DNA from: an uncultured Pelagibacteraceae bacterium
GTDB lineage: Bacteria; Pseudomonadota; Alphaproteobacteria; Pelagibacterales; Pelagibacteraceae
NCBI GenBank assembly: GCA_902558225.1
Contig: CACEDG010000002.1
Coordinates: 21,661 to 85,660, forward strand
Length of the DNA stretch: 64,000 bases
Reading direction: 5' to 3'
Part shown: piece after piece, positions 62,153 through 64,000 of the stretch
Numbering within the stretch: position 1 is the stretch's first letter
Layout: each line of letters begins with the position of its first letter
Position numbers and translations under genes: made by a program
Notes under the pieces: model-generated
Database searches by the model: none
The model's input: only the letters and a program-made list of their open reading frames with translations
What the model was told of the DNA's origin: nothing

Positions 62153-62397
62153 TGAGTCCAACTGGTTTAGCAATAATTTATATTATTATCTGGTGGATTG
62201 TTTTTTTTGCTATATTGCCAATCGATGTAGAGAGAAAAAAGACAATTAAAATTGATGGTGAAGACCCAGGATCTCCAGAAAATCCAAAAATGCTTAAAAA
62301 ATTCCTTTATTGTACTGTAATAACAACAGTTATATTTATCGCAATTTATTTATTAATGAAATTTGAATATTTAAATTTAAGAAATATAATCATTTAA
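62152..62397 (+). CDS. DUF1467-family small membrane protein
   Basis: YIIIWWIVFFAILP, DPGSPENP; ATG overlaps the rnj stop (TGATG). Confidence 0.85.
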   Translation: MSPTGLAIIYIIIWWIVFFAILPIDVERKKTIKIDGEDPGSPENPKMLKKFLYCTVITTVIFIAIYLLMKFEYLNLRNIII

Positions 62398-62398
62398 T

Positions 62399-63733
62399 AT
62401 GCTCATTTCTAAATCCTTTATTCCTATATTAAAAAATAACCCATCTGAAGCAAAAATAAAATCTCATCAGTTGATGTTAAGAGTTGGTATGATTAAGCAA
62501 TCTTCAGCGGGCATATATTCCTGGTTGCCATTAGGTTTTAAAGTAATGAAAAAAATTGAACAAATTGTTAGAGAAGAACAAAATAAAATTGGTGCTCAAG
62601 AAATATTAATGCCAACAATTCAATCTAGTGAGATTTGGAAAGAAAGTGGTCGATACGAGGATTATGGCGAGGAAATGCTAAGAATAAAAGATCGTCAGGA
62701 TCGAGAAATGCTTTATGGTCCAACAAATGAGGAACTAGTAACCGATATATTTAGATCATCAATCAAGTCTTATAAATCTTTACCACAGCTTTTATATCAT
62801 ATTCAGTGGAAATTTAGAGATGAAATAAGACCAAGGTTTGGAATTATGAGGTGTAGAGAATTTTATATGAAAGATGCTTACTCATTTGACGTATCTGATG
62901 AAGAAGCTTTATTTTCTTACAATAAATTTTTCATATCATATTTGAAAACATTTAAGAGATTAGATCTCACAGCAATTCCAATGGCTGCTGACACCGGACC
63001 GATTGGTGGAAATCTTTCACATGAATTTATAATTCTTGCTGAAACAGGGGAAAGTAAAATTTTTACAGATAAGAGAATTTTTGATGTTGAAAGTGAAGGC
63101 ACAGAGTTAAATAAAAATTCTTTAAATGATTTAAGAAAGAAATTTGAGCAATTTTATTCTGTAACGGATGAAAAATTTAATAAAGAAGAATTTGAAACAA
63201 AGGTAAATGAAAAAAATAGATTAATAACCAAAGGAATTGAAGTTGGACATATCTTTTATTTTGGAGACAAATATTCTAAACCTATGGGAGGATCGGTTGA
63301 TTTACCTGAAGGTAAAAAAGATTTTGTGAAAATGGGATCATATGGAATTGGTGTCTCAAGATTAGTTGGCGCAATAATTGAGGCTAAATATGATGAAAAA
63401 GATGAGGTCATGAAATGGCCAATTTCTGTTGCTCCATATGATGTTTCAATAATTCCAATGATAAATAAAAATGATATATCAGCTTTGGATAAAGCTAATA
63501 GAATCAACTTAGAGTTAGAGAAAAATAATATTGAGGCAATTATTGACGATACCGATGAAAATTTTTCATCAAAAATTAAAAAAATGAATTTAATTGGTGC
63601 TCCCTACCAAATTATTATAGGTAAACAGTCAAAAGATGATCATATTGAATTTAAAGAGGTAGGAAAAGATTCAAAAAAAATTAAATTGAGTGAAGTTATT
63701 AAAATTATAAAAGAACAAAAAGCAAAATATTGA
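62399..63733 (+). CDS. proS: Proline-tRNA ligase (short form without editing domain)
   Basis: SHQLMLR, GPTNEE, FRDEIRPRFG, GIEVGHIF, MGSYGIGVSR. Confidence 0.95.
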   Translation: MLISKSFIPILKNNPSEAKIKSHQLMLRVGMIKQSSAGIYSWLPLGFKVMKKIEQIVREEQNKIGAQEILMPTIQSSEIWKESGRYEDYGEEMLRIKDRQDREMLYGPTNEELVTDIFRSSIKSYKSLPQLLYHIQWKFRDEIRPRFGIMRCREFYMKDAYSFDVSDEEALFSYNKFFISYLKTFKRLDLTAIPMAADTGPIGGNLSHEFIILAETGESKIFTDKRIFDVESEGTELNKNSLNDLRKKFEQFYSVTDEKFNKEEFETKVNEKNRLITKGIEVGHIFYFGDKYSKPMGGSVDLPEGKKDFVKMGSYGIGVSRLVGAIIEAKYDEKDEVMKWPISVAPYDVSIIPMINKNDISALDKANRINLELEKNNIEAIIDDTDENFSSKIKKMNLIGAPYQIIIGKQSKDDHIEFKEVGKDSKKIKLSEVIKIIKEQKAKY

Positions 63734-64000
63734 TTTCCACGGTTGAAAAAGAAATTACATTTAGATTTTTAAAAGCTAGAAAAAAAGACGGCTTTTTGAA
63801 TATTATTTCAATTTTTTCATTTATTGGTATTGGGCTTGGGGTAGCTGTTCTTATTATTGTAATGTCTGTTATGAATGGTTTTAGAACAGAATTAATTAAC
63901 AAAATTGTAGGATTTAATCCTCATGTAACTGTAAAACCATATAACCAAGAAATAGATGTTGCTAAAACTAAGACTAATAAATTAAAATTTATTAGTAAAA
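63730..64000 (+). CDS. Lipoprotein-releasing ABC permease LolC/E, N-terminal part (runs off window)
   Basis: Manual translation from TTG 63730: ...RFLKARKKDGFLNIISIFSFIGIGLGVAVLIIVMSVMNGFR...; usual position after proS. Confidence 0.88.
   Translation, partial: MISTVEKEITFRFLKARKKDGFLNIISIFSFIGIGLGVAVLIIVMSVMNGFRTELINKIVGFNPHVTVKPYNQEIDVAKTKTNKLKFISK

Noticed and set aside
3467-63902. Short antisense or alternate-frame ORFs in the track (e.g. 3467, 4135, 7614, 14573, 15143, 16308, 16341, 17495, 17984, 22192, 26952, 40723, 41127, 42964, 44091, 45754, 46856, 47873, 48463, 49004, 50488, 52221, 57386, 58582, 60727, 62917, 63256, 63705)
   Set aside because: They lie within well-supported genes, show no motifs, and look like shadow ORFs.
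1-64000. CRISPR arrays, IS elements, prophage genes, rRNA
   Set aside because: No regularly spaced repeats, transposase/integrase/phage motifs or rRNA-like sequence seen.

Overview
An AT-rich, very compact alphaproteobacterial chromosome segment. Gene content and style point to Pelagibacterales/SAR11 (inference). From left to right it carries: mnmA; a metC-MFS-pabB/A/C-HIT block; an organosulfur locus (aprMBA APS reductase, an unknown ORF, TauE and YeiH exporters, suyAB sulfolactate sulfo-lyase, xsc) with no ATP sulfurylase in the window; an AT-richer envelope-modification block (SxtJ-like, DUF5989, NodU-type carbamoyltransferase, two SGNH proteins, an OpgB-like/GDPD-like fusion); a catabolic and transport block (M24 hydrolase, FAH-like, FkbM, M23, SDR, TerC, GMC oxidoreductase, TRAP, NCS1, SDR); and the core run tRNA-Leu-tig-clpP-clpX-lon-tRNA-Val-tRNA-Asp-nuoA..N-birA-coaX-rnj-proS-lolC/E. 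Manual translation found several small ORFs absent from the ORF track. These include a 27-aa Lys/Arg peptide resembling small ribosomal proteins and two apparently paralogous 39-aa membrane microproteins 29 kb apart. No mobile elements, CRISPR arrays or rRNA were seen. All family calls come from motif recognition, not database searches.
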